Shown here piece after piece: positions 13,386 through 24,464 of a stretch of 64,000 nt of DNA. The notes under the pieces are model-generated. The model was given only the letters and a program-made list of their open reading frames with translations. It made no database searches and was not told where the DNA came from. Both the position numbers and the translations under genes were made by a program. The stretch is from Podarcis bocagei (lineage: Eukaryota): the NCBI GenBank assembly GCA_964188305.1, contig OZ076886.1, one strand, 5' to 3'. Position 1 is the first letter of the stretch. Each line of letters opens with the position of its first letter.

Positions 13386-15298
13386 CACTGGTCAACAACA
13401 AATTTGTTGTTTGCGTTTTTTCAGTTGATTTAGGACGAATCTGATGCACTGAATCCAAAAATCACATTGGTTTTGCTCAATCAGGTCAAGTTTTTGAGCT
13501 ATGGCCACATGTCATTTTTTAACATTTTTGTTCACATGTACGCTTGTGTGGAGCATTTCAGAAGTTGGTGGGGGTAAAATGCCATGTCGAATAATTATTT
13601 TGATTGGAAATGATTATTTTAATGAGAAGAAGTATTCAGGTCCAATAGTTCTGGGTGATTATGTCGAAAAAGGGATCAGTTTGAAGTCATAAAACCTCGA
13701 AATCTTCCATAAATTGGTGCGGCAAAGCATAAAGTTGGGGGATCAAAACTAAGATAATGGGGCAGCCACCCCACGAAGTATCCTGATCTTCAATCAGCAC
13801 GTCATCCTGTAGCTCATTGTGATGAAATTCCAGTGCCTATCTTCGGAGAACTTCCTGACATTAGTGACGAAGATGCCTCCAGCGTTGAAGGACATGAAGA
13901 AGAAGAAGTGGTTCTTGAAGATGATGCTCCACATCCATTTTCCCAAAAGGAGTTGAATGATCTAGTTCGCGACCTCAGCTTGTCAAAGGACTCTGCCGAA
14001 CTGTTGGTATCCAGATTGAAGGAAAAAAACCTCCTCTCTAACAGTGCTCACATCAGCTTCTTCCGCAACAGGCATCAAGAGTACCTCCGTTTTTTCTTGG
14101 AAGAGAAGGACTTGGTGTACTGTGCAGATATTGCGCAGCTTCTGCTCAAGCTTGGAGTGCCACAGTACGAACCCAAAGATTGGAGACTGTTCATTGACAG
14201 CAGCAAGTGATCACTGAAATGTGTTCTGCTACACAACGGCAACCAGTTTGCCTCTATACCCCTGGCTCACTCGAGTACACTGAAGGAGAACTATGAAGCG
14301 GTGAAGTATATGCTGGAGAAAATTGGTTATGATCAGCATAAACGGTTTATTTGTGTTGACCTGAAAGTGGTGAACTTTTTGTTGGGACAACAGTCTGGCT
14401 TCACCAAGTACCCATGTTTTCTGTGCATGTGGGAGTAGGGACCGTGCTCAGCATTACACGAAGAAGGACTGGCCTATGCGGGAGGAATTGGTGCCTTGCA
14501 AAAAAAGGAATGTCATCAACGACCCTCTGATGGACAGAGACAGAATACTCTTCCCACCGCTGCACATCAAGCTCGGCTTAATCAAGCAGTTCACCAAGGC
14601 TCTGGACAAGGATGGTGACTGCTTCACTTACTTGTGCCAGGATTTTCCAGGATTGACCATGGAGAAGTTGAAAGCTGGCATCTTTGACGGTCCTCAGATC
14701 CGTCAGCTCATCAGAGATCCAGAGTTCGGAAACTCAATGAACGAAGTGGAACTGGAAGCGTGGAAGGCATTTGTTCTGGTAGTGAAGAACTTTCTTGGCA
14801 ACAATAAGGCCAGAAACTATGCATAACTTGTCAACAACATGCCGACTGCTTTCAGAAACCTGGGCTGCAACATGAGCGTCAAGATGCACTACCTATTTTC
14901 ACATATGGACCAGTTTCCTGAGAACCTGGGTTCAATGAGTGACAAGCGGGGGAAGAGATTCCATCATGACATGAAAGAGATGGAGACCAGGTATTAGGGT
15001 CACTGGGACACAGTCATGATGGCTGACTACTGTTGGACTCTGAAGAGAGACCTCCCTGCCGCTGAGCATTCCTGGAGTTCCAAGAAACGGAAGTTCAAGC
15101 CCTGAAGTTTGAAAAATGGTGAAGCAACATGCAATTTACGTGTACTTACCTTTATCAATGCCCACCATTCAGTTTACAGTAAACCTGACCTGATGGAGAG
15201 AAACGGATGCCATTTCCTGATTCAGCAGTGCAAAAATACCCTAAATCAGTTGTAGAAATTTAGACAACATTCAAAAAGTTAAAAATTGTTGCCCAGTG
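13386..15298 (+). mobile_element. Chapaev3 (CMC superfamily) DNA transposon, internally deleted and decayed
   Basis: TIRs CACTGGTCAACAA (13386) and TTGTTGCCCAGTG (ends 15298) enclose transposase remnants; no clean TSD. Confidence 0.85.
13725..15105 (+). pseudogene. Chapaev3 transposase pseudogene
   Basis: Motifs IKLGDQ, YPDLQSARHPVAH, FSQKELNDLVRDL, WRLFIDSS, ICVDLKV, GFTKYPCFLC, PLHIKLGL, GIFDGPQIR, CNMSVKMHYLFSH, MMADYCWTL. Stops at 14208 and 14824, frameshift near 14430, most of the N-terminal region deleted. Confidence 0.88.
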
Positions 15299-15342
15299 TA
15301 ATGATTTGCCAACAAGTCATCTGGAATTCTCCATAAAGAATT

Positions 15343-15738
15343 CACCATAAAGAAGGCTGATCGCCGAAGAATTGATGCTTTTGAATTATGGTGCTGGAGG
15401 AGACTCTTGAGAGTCCCATGGATTGCAAGAAGATCAAACTTATCCATTCTTAAGGAAATCAGTCCTGAGTGCTCACTGGAAGGACAGATCCTGAAGCTGC
15501 AGCTCCAATACTTTGGCCACCTCATGAGAAGAGAAGACTCCCTGGAAAAGACCCTGACGTTGGGAAAGATGGAGGGCACAAGGAGAAGGGGACGACAGAG
15601 GACAAGATGGTTGGATAGTGTTCTCGAAGCTACCAGAATGACTTTGACTAAACTGCGGGAGGCAGTGGCAGACAGAAGTGCCTGGTGTGCTCTGGTCCAT
15701 GGGGTCACAAAGAGTCGGGCACGACTAAACAACAACAA
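15343..15738 (+). mobile_element. Bov-B (RTE) LINE 3' fragment
   Basis: RRIDAFELWCWRRLLRVPW..QYFGHLMRREDSLEKTL..HGVTKSR; (CAA)n tail. Confidence 0.92.
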
Positions 15739-16012
15739 AATAAAAAAATTCCTTCCAGTAGCACCTTAAAGACCAACTAAGTTAGTTCTTGGTATGAGCT
15801 TTCGTGTGCATGCACACTTCTTCAGATACACTGAAACAGAAGTTGCCAGATCCTTCTATATAGTGAGAAGGTGGGGAGGGGTATTACTCAGAAGGGTGGT
15901 GGGAATGGGAGATTGGCAGATAGCTGAGATGACCCTGTTGATGACTCTTAATGACTGCAATAGGTCTTACAGGAAAAGGCAAGGGGTGAGAAGGTGAAAA
16001 ATGGCTTAGTCA
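15739..16012 (-). mobile_element. Penelope-like element fragment carrying a hammerhead ribozyme
   Basis: Same terminal sequence as 18545-18735, extended further into the element. Confidence 0.8.
15792..15829 (-). ncRNA. Minimal type I hammerhead ribozyme
   Basis: Minus strand GUAU-CUGAAGA-A-GUGUG-CAUG-CACAC-GAAA-GCUC-AUAC: core boxes, helix II, palindromic helix III, helix I GUAU/AUAC. Confidence 0.75.
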
Positions 16013-16959
16013 TTTCCTTCCTCAGAGCTATTCCAAGGAAACAACAACAATTCTCCATAACTTTTGAGTGAAGAAAGGGTAATCCCAGAAAACAGCTAGT
16101 GTGGAAGAGACTTAAAGTAGCCAAGAGTGGGTATATGGCAGTGCCACTGCTATTGTTTATTCCCATCAGACACCACCTGCAGGCAATGTGATATGCAGAA
16201 CAGGGACACAGGGTGTTCTCAGTAAACTGCATTGGCAGCTGTGACTCTCAGAGCTATTCCAAGGAAACAGCAATTGACAAAAAACATGATAATCAAGACG
16301 ATAAGCTCATATATTGAACACAAATCAATGCCCAGGTGCTCTGGCAGGGACCTTGACACCCACACCTGTGCCCTGAGTCTAGGAGAAGTTCTTTCCCAGA
16401 CACTCATGCCCCACAGTTATGACAAGCGGGGTTTTCCTACCCAGCATAAATTCTTGCTCTGCATCTGATAACTTAAGCTGCGGTTCCCCCCACCCCATTC
16501 CCATCCTGATCGTATCAAACTGTTGAGCCACTCCTGTATGATTCATTTCAAATAAATGCTACTGGGCACTGGGGAAATATTGGAAGGTCTGTGATCCAAA
16601 AGGATTCACTGAACCTGAACCTGCATGCAGGGACGTGGTTCAGCAAGGCTAGTAATGCTGCTACACAAAGGATGTGGCCTTGACAAGCAGAGTTAAGGAG
16701 AAGCTGAGAAAATAGCTGGGCTTGTCTACAGAGTGGGCTCTCTGTCGCAACAAATCCACTTTCAGGAAGAAGCAGGTATTTTATGGTTAGGAAAGTGCCA
16801 GGAGAAAAGCACTAAGAAGGGTAGAACGATGATCAACTGATAAGAAGCTGTAGAATCTTCCCTCAGATAAACCAGGGTGACAATATCTGAGAGTTAAAAT
16901 GCAGCAGCAATTCATATCGTTTGGCAGCATTTGATATCAAATGCGCATTGTGCAGTTAT

Positions 16960-17352
16960 AGCAACTACTCTATTCCAAACTAAAAAATGGAAAGCGTAAT
17001 GCTGGTGGTCAACAAAAAAGGTTTGAAGACTCAAAGCAAATCTAAAAATTGCAGTATAAGCACTGACAATTGGGAAACACTGGCTTGCAAGTGCTCCGAT
17101 TGGAGAACATCATTTACCAAAGGTTTCGTGGACTTTGAAGATGCTCAAAATCAAAGGAAAAACAAGCTAAGAGGAAGGCACGTTTGGCAAACCCTCACCA
17201 TGATCAGCTCCCACCCGGAAACCTATGTTCCCACTGTGGAAGGAGGTGTGGATCTAGAATTGGCCTCCACAGTCACTTAGGACTCACTGTTAAGACTATG
17301 TTCATGGAAGACAATCTTACTCAGCTACGAGAGATTGCCAAAGAAGAAGAAA
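16960..17352 (+). mobile_element. RTE-clade LINE 3' fragment
   Basis: QLLYSKLKNGKRNAGGQQKRF and C2H2 finger CSHCGRRCGSRIGLHSH; (GAA)n tail; sister copy at 61090-61680. Confidence 0.8.
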
Positions 17353-18544
17353 GAAGAGTACTTGATATTGTCTGTAGTGCTATTGGTAACACTCAAAGTT
17401 CCATTTCATTAGAAATTAAAGAAACTCTGGCCCACTGGCATAATTTCCCACCCCCACCCCCATTTAGCTTGTGTGCATTTTCTGGCCACCTGCCTCAGAT
17501 ATATGACATCAAGTGTGAAGCAGATAGAGGTGTGAGGCAGCTGAGTTGAAAGGGGCTTTGTAGGTATCCCTGAGATTGGCACAGTTTGCAAAGCCACATG
17601 AACAGCACTTTGCAAGCACCAACAATTAGCTAATTGGTGTGGCTTACATAGTGTTGTGTGTGGAAGCTGCAGTGAGTTTACAGATTAGTAAGCCCTTATT
17701 CCCAAAGGTTTGCTTGCACCCTAGCCAAGGACACCACCACCTACAACATCCTTTGGTGTCACAACAACAATTAACATGTTTTCTTGTGAAAGAATGGCCC
17801 AGATTTTCCAAAATATTGCAGATTGTGCTGGGAAACAGTGATCTCTCTCTAAAGGAAGTACCGCACAGGGTGGTATTTTACTCAGAGTAGACCCACTGAA
17901 ATTAATGGGTCTAATGATATCTTGACAAATTAAAAAGGAAGATGCATTTGTTACACAAGCAAAGAGGTTTGATAATAAAGCCCCTGAACATTAATGCAAC
18001 TGTTGGTTAGCAAAAGAGCAGCTCCTTCCAAGGTCCTTACTTTGGAAGGCACAAAATGCCAGATCTCAGCATCCTTTAACCAGATGTTCCTTTAAGTCTT
18101 CCGCTTGCAGAAGGGCGTAAGATCGCTTTCCCTCTGATTTGGCTTCAACCCTGTTGTCTTTTAAACTGCATTTCATCACCTCTGGGCAAGACAAAGAGAT
18201 GGTTAAGTAAACTCTTGCTGCTGCTTTACATTTAATCGCTACAAAGAAAGCAAGATTCCCATGGAATAAATAAAATAAACAGACAAAAGGGTGTTTTGCT
18301 TTGGTTGATATAGCTTGATGATTGGTAATACTATAGGGCAGAACTACTAGGCTAGATTGTATTGTTTGGCTGCTGGAAACAAAATGGCCACAATGTATTC
18401 AAGTGAGGAGCAAACGGAAGGAGTGGTGCTGTGTTAGAGGCCACCCACTGAAACATCATTACAGATTTGACAGGAAAACGTGCTAATGAGCTTCCATACC
18501 AGCAGTAAACTGCAAATGTATTTTCACTTACCACATTTTCCTTA

Positions 18545-18735
18545 CAGATAGGTAGCCGTGTTGGTCTGCCATAGTCAAAATAAAAAAAATTCCTTCCAGT
18601 AGCACCTTAAAGACCAACTAAGTTAGTTCTTGGTATGAGCTTGTATCTGAAGAAGTGTGCATGCACACGAAAGCTCATACCAAGAACTAACTTAGTTGGT
18701 CTTTAAGGTGCTACTGGAAAGAATTTTTTTATTTT
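18545..18735 (+). mobile_element. Mini Penelope-like hairpin element
   Basis: 13-bp TSD CACATTTTCCTTA (18532-18544, 18736-18748); ~65-bp inverted arms around a hammerhead core. Confidence 0.85.
18643..18680 (+). ncRNA. Minimal type I hammerhead ribozyme
   Basis: GTATCTGAAGAAGTGTGCATGCACACGAAAGCTCATAC, exact reverse complement of 15792-15829; CUGANGA and GAAA boxes, UC cleavage site. Confidence 0.78.
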
Positions 18736-18831
18736 CACATTTTCCTTAGTACGGAATCAGGAAATCCAGATTAAACTTTAAAAATAGGATGGGCTTCCAT
18801 TTTGATGATGACAGTGGGAATGTTAAAGATA

Positions 18832-19070
18832 CAGTGGTACCTCTGGTTAAGAACGGGATCCATTCCGGAGGCCCGACCATATCCTGAAAATTTTGTAACT
18901 GGAGGACTGCTTCTGCACACGTACGCAGTGCAGCAGAGTACTTCTGCACATGCGCGAAGTGCACAGAGCATTTCTGCGCACACGCAAGCGGCAAACCAAC
19001 TTCCGGGTTTGCCGCATTCACAACCTGAAGATTACGTTACCCGAAGGTAACGTAACCCGAGAGTCCACTG
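18832..19070. mobile_element. Tc1/mariner-Tigger type MITE
   Basis: TA|CAGTGGTACCTC ... CCACTG|TA. Confidence 0.85.
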
Positions 19071-19433
19071 TAGTAGGAAAGGATATATTGAATAAGTATT
19101 ATCCTTCCTTCACTCACACTAGTAGGTGATGTAGCAGAGCAGATTCCCTTCAATACAGCTGGAAGCTAGTTTGCAGATTCATTTGAATCTCTTAGTTAAG
19201 ATTATTTCCTGGTGTCCCCTTTAATGCCTCTTAATAGAAAGTAATAAAAAGTTTAACTCACATTTCAGTTCATGATTTGATCCCTGAAAGGCAGGCTTCT
19301 CTTAGTAGTTACACAAACAAACAGTGAGTTCATCACATATGGAGATTGAACAACAAAATCACATTAAGAGAACAAAATGGCTGCAGGAGAGCAGCGTGGC
19401 AGTACGAGCAGCAAGCAAGAGATCAAGAAAGAA

Positions 19434-19716
19434 GGAGGAGGAGGAGGAGGAGGAGGAGGAGGAGGAGGAGGAGGAGGAGTTTGGATTTGATATCCCGCCT
19501 TTCACTCCCTTTAAGGAGTCTCAAAGCGGCTAACATTCTCCTTTCCCTTCCTCCCCCACAACAAACACTCTGTGAGGTGAGTGGGGCTGAGAGACTTCAA
19601 AGAAGTGTGACTGGCCCAAGGTCACCCAGCAGCTGCATGTGGAGGAGTGGAGACGCGAACCCGGTTCCCCAGATTACGAGACTACCGCTCTTAACCATTA
19701 CACCACACTGGCTCTC
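19434..19716 (-). mobile_element. Squam3-type tRNA SINE with (CCT)n tail
   Basis: Minus strand GAGAGCCAGTGTGGTGTAATGGTTAAGAGCGG (A box) and GGTTCGCGTC (B box); near-identical copy at 37596. Confidence 0.85.
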
Positions 19717-21350
19717 AGAGAAAATAGCTTCCTGACTCTGCTCTTTTATGGAGTCAGCCAGAGCCACGCCCATCTCCCAGGTCACATGCAGGGGGAGAAA
19801 GCTCCAGATCAGTGGAACAGGAAGTTACACTGACTGGATGTCCCCCTGCTTGTGCCCACTCTAGGGAAATAAGGAATATTGCATTTGACTGTACCAATGG
19901 ATTACATCCCACAATGATGACATCGTGTGGATTCCGCACAACACTTATGTGCATGAGGAGCACGCATTGCACAATAAGCCCCCACACCCCAGAAGCACCC
20001 TTTGTGGGGGAGTTCTTTGCAAGCGCATACTTCCTTGCCAAGTTTTCTGACCAAAATCAAACTCTCTACAGAAGGGAAACACCTCCAGATGTAAGAGTGT
20101 CCCTCTTTCTTTCTTGTTTCTCCTTTAAATTTCCTGGCATTTCAGCAAACTGATAATGTAAGGCTCTTATAGCGCAAAAGACATTTTGTGCTATGTAAGA
20201 AAAAAAATTATATTGGAAAGTTGAAGAGGTTTGCTGAAATGGAAAGCTCGCCATTGGAATATGTGCTGTTATTGCTGCAAAATGCAACCAGCTGGCATAT
20301 TCCAAACAAATGTACATTCCAGAGGCCATTGGATAAAGAAGATGAATTAAGTAGGCAAAGTATGTTAATTCCACAAACTATTAAGAATGTGGAATATGAC
20401 TCTACTAGGGACAAGGTCCAGTATAGGCTTAGGCAGTGGGACTCACTTCTGGGTAGAGGATGGTAAAGCCTGTCTGGAATGGATATACGGAAGAATGTTG
20501 CAGTCAGTACTGAAACGGGACTATGGAGAGACTCTGGCTTAGTGGTTGGGCACATGATTCTCATGCCGAAGGTCCCAGGCTCAATCTCTAGCCTCTCCAC
20601 TTAAAAGGATCAGGCAGAAGGTGATGGAAAAGACTTCTCCCTGCTGGAGTGTACCAGTCAGAGCAGATAATGCTAGGCTACATTATAGACCACAGATGTG
20701 GAAACTTTTTTAGCCTAGAGGGTTCAGATCTTTATCTCTCCCCATCACTGCAAGGCAACTTTGACAGACCAAGATTGGCCCACAGGACTAGAGGTTCTCC
20801 ACCCCAGTTAAGAGACCATAGTACATGGTCCTAGAGATTTATTTCTGTGGGATACCACACATCCCATATACCAAGGTAGGGTGGCCTACTTTACAAAGGA
20901 AAGCTCTCTATTGGAAGGGCAGCCAGTTCTCTGTATGAAGGTGTCCTTTATCTGAAGGCAGGAGGGGCCAATGCGGGACTTCAGAGACGCCCTCCTGACA
21001 GCAGTGTCACTGCCAAGTAGCTGGCTGGTGTGATGGCATGGCAGCAGCAAGATCAGGGCTGTGCTGGAGTGCTGGTGGAATTGATCAAGGTTGCGCACTG
21101 GCGCACCCACACAGCCCTGACCTTGCCATTATGCTACCCAGTCCCATCAAGGTTTATGGCAGCTACGTCAAATGTTCGGAAGGTGGCATTGCCCCATCAT
21201 GCTGGCCATTCCTGTTTGAAGGGTTATCCTGTCCAAGTCTGATTTAAAGATACAGAACCACAAGAAGGGACAGCAGCAGGGGCCCGGAAGTCGCCCATCA
21301 ACCATTAGCATCTGCACAGCTGACCTAGCAGAAACAAGGTCTACCTAGTC

Positions 21351-21670
21351 CAGGGGTCAGCAAACTTTTTCAGCAGAGGGCCGGTCCACAGTCCCTCAGA
21401 CCTTGTGGGGGGCCGGACTATATTTTTTTGGGGAAATGAACAAATTCCTATGCCCCACAAATAACCCAGAGATGCATTCTAAATAAAAGCACACATTCTA
21501 CTCATGTAAAAACACCAGGCAGGCCCCACAGATAACCCAGAGATGCATTTTAAATAAAAAGACACATTCTACTCATGTAAAAACCCGCTGATTCCTGGAC
21601 CGTCTGCGGGCTGGATTTAGAAGGTGATTGGGCTGGATCCGGCCCCCGGGCCTTAGTTTGCCTACCCATG
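21351..21670 (+). mobile_element. hAT (Charlie-like) MITE
   Basis: CAGGGGTCAGCAAACT...AGTTTGCCTACCCATG with perfect 8-bp TSD ACCTAGTC; internal tandem duplication. Confidence 0.9.
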
Positions 21671-22094
21671 ACCTAGTCACAATCCTCTTTATTATGGTGA
21701 GGTGTATTGTATTTCTACTTAAATTACAGTAATTGTTTCTAAATTTTCATATCATTCTCTCTCTCTCTCTCTCTGCTTTTTATGAATCACTTCTTATTTT
21801 AAAAAATATTTCTTGATTGAACTTTTTTGAAAATACAAAGCAAAGAGAAAGCAAAACAAAACAGATGCAAAGAGTGAGTATTAATAGAACAGGCTTAAGA
21901 CAGCTCAATGACTATACTTGCTGAAAATCTTACAATTTTATTTATACTTTAGATTTTCTATACAAGGTTTTGAGATGAAGGGACAAAAAAATTCTAAAGG
22001 TCCATCGTCTGCAGTACATAGTGCATAGTCAATAAACACTTTCCATATCTTCTTGAATAAGTCATTTATGTTTTGCCTCCCCACCCCCAGTACT

Positions 22095-22182
22095 CTTGTT
22101 GTTATTTAGTCATTTAGTCGTGTCCGACTCTTCGTGACCCCATGGACCAGAGCACGCCAGGCACTCCTGTCTTCCACTGCCT
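22095..22182 (-). mobile_element. Bov-B 3' tip inside an older L1 remnant
   Basis: TTAGTCGTGTCCGACTCTTCGTGACCCCATGGACCAGAGCACGCCAGG. Confidence 0.8.
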
Positions 22183-22594
22183 ATAATTTTTGTGTTAATT
22201 TCTCTAAGAAAGCACATTGCCAAACGTCTGGGTACCGCTGGTCAATATTTACATTCTGAAGTATTCTTCCAATTCTGAGCTGCAGCTGCTCATGCAGCCG
22301 AAAGCAAATGACTCAACAGCTCTTTATGATTAAGATCTCAAGTTCTATTCAGAAACATATTTAACAACATATTTAAGAAGCATCTCTGAGTGATTTTACG
22401 GGACAAGAAAAACAAGAAGAAACAATTGCAGATATACAAAAATTAAAATAATTATGTGGACAAAAACAATTAAAAACCATTGCATATGTAAAAACAATTT
22501 CAAACGCAATATGGATGCCAAATGGGATAAAAATCTGCACTTGTTGGAAAAGGAATGTCTTCAACAGGCTAAAAGAAAAGGCACCAGACTGATA

Positions 22595-22735
22595 CATAGA
22601 ATTATGTAATTCTAGAGTTGTTATGGACCACGCGGGTCTCATCTAGTCCAAACCCCCTGCCCAATCTTTTGCCCAATGTGGGGCTCAAACCCATGGCTCT
22701 GGGATTAAGTCTCATGCTCTACGGACTGAGCTATC
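22595..22735 (-). mobile_element. SINE with tRNA-Lys-derived head and CR1-derived tail (Squam2-like)
   Basis: Minus strand TAGCTCAGTCCGTAGAGCATGAGAC..GGGTTTGAGCCCCACATTGGGCA resembles tRNA-Lys(CTT), followed by a CR1-type tail. Confidence 0.7.
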
Positions 22736-24021
22736 ATAGCAATCTTACAACAACTAAAGGAGGTTCTGATGGGTAAGCACCACAATACTAAAGGCCCAAG
22801 TCCAACATTGTATGGAATGGACCCCCTGGTTAGATTGTATGTACAGAAAGCCCTCGCCCGCAGGGTGCAGTGATTGTTTGGGGATATAAGGGATGAGAAT
22901 ATCTTTTAGGTATCCTTATTCAAAGCTGTACAGGGCAATGTACACCAATAGCAAGACCTTGAACACAAATCAATTAGCACATGAATTTTTATTTTATTGT
23001 AAATTGTTGTTCTCTTAATTTTGGTGATATGCTTCATATTTTTTAGTGAGGTGCAAGTGACCACCACATGTTGAGGTTCTTTGCAGAGTGAAACTCCAGC
23101 CCCAAACAGCTCTGCCAGTTTTGTTCAGTTTTGGTGAAACACCCACCTTTTTTGTACAGCTTTGGCCAACTTGAGGCTCTCTGGCCCAAGGAGTTGACGT
23201 CCAAAACATCTGGATGGCAGCAAGTCAGCAAAAGCTGCTTTAGCATGTCTTTGCTAGTTTAGACCTTATTGACTATGAACTGACAAATCTCTTGATTATT
23301 ATATTTTACAGAATCTTGTCAAAAATACCATTTTCATACTGCTTTCTTGTCATTTATAGCATATTGTTGGCTTCTCTGGGGATTCTTTGGTGTGGTATAA
23401 CCTTTCTATACACGAATAACAAGTTTACTGAAGCATGGAGATATGTGAGCAAGAGCCTATTTCATCAAATGAATGGAAGGGTCAAATACAATTTCCTCAA
23501 AAATTCTATTGTGTTTGACTGATTGTTTGGAAGAGTGCTACAAGAGTTGCCAAAAAGCCAGAGCCACCCTTATTATTTAGTTCCTCCCCCCCCCTTAGCC
23601 TTAGTTGTAATCCTTTAATGAATTAAATGGAACAATTAAAGAGGATTTGTGAGAATCCAAATTGACATTAAAAAAACAAACCCAAATCTGATATTTTCTT
23701 TTTGTCACTCAGGCGCCTAATGTGATAATTAATATGGAGCCCCTCTGAATTATGGATTTTGCAGACCACACCTCTCTTACCCACATTTCTTTGTATCTTC
23801 CTAATATCTAGATTGGTATTCCTTTGAGGGAGGCTGAGCTATCATTTTTAGCATGCAGCTCTATCTAAATCTAAAAAAGTGTGATGAAATGGTGCCTCAG
23901 CACATCAAAAATGGATTCACTTCCAGCTATAACAGGGACTTGATCTAAAATGATAAGCCCAGCTTTGCCACTGTTAATTTCAGAATCGTGAAATGTTTCT
24001 TTAATTGGTTTTTTATTTTAA

Positions 24022-24333
24022 GGGACGCGGGTGGGTTAAACCACAGAGCCTAGGACTTGCCGATCAGAAGGTCGGCAGTTCAAATCCCCGCGGCAGGGTG
24101 AACTCCCGTTGCTCGGTCCCTGCTCCTGCCAACCTAGCAGTTTGAAAACACGTCAAAGTGCAAGTAAATAAATAGGTACCGCTCCAGCGGGATGGTAAAT
24201 GGCAATTCCATGCACTGCTCTGGTTCGCCAGAAGCGGCTTAGTCATGCTGGCCACATGACCCAGAAGCTGTATGCCGCAACCCCAGAGTTGGCCACGACT
24301 GGACCTAATGGTCAGGGGTCCCTTTACCTTTAC
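24022..24333 (+). mobile_element. Sauria (POM/Squam1) SINE
   Basis: GGGACGCGGGTGG...CTTAGTCATGCTGGCCACATGACC...CCTTTACCTTTAC. Confidence 0.9.
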
Positions 24334-24395
24334 TATTGTATTTGTTTCTGTTTTGTATATCACTTTGACCTTCTTTTCAATATAAAGAAATTTAA

Positions 24396-24430
<35 letters not shown>

Positions 24431-24464
24431 AGCATCTTTTCTTTTTTTGGGGGAGTACTCTTTT

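Noticed and set aside
13833-14826. Functional or domesticated transposase gene (RAG-like)
   Set aside because: Multiple stops, a frameshift, an N-terminal deletion and retained TIRs indicate a decaying transposon
19324-19735. Poly-E and poly-R ORFs
   Set aside because: Artefacts of the (GAG)n SINE tail; the same applies to poly-N/L ORFs at 98-519 and HT/CV/RE dipeptide ORFs
22670-22735. tRNA-Lys gene on the minus strand
   Set aside because: Anticodon loop and stems are degenerate and the sequence is fused to a CR1-type tail, so it is a SINE head
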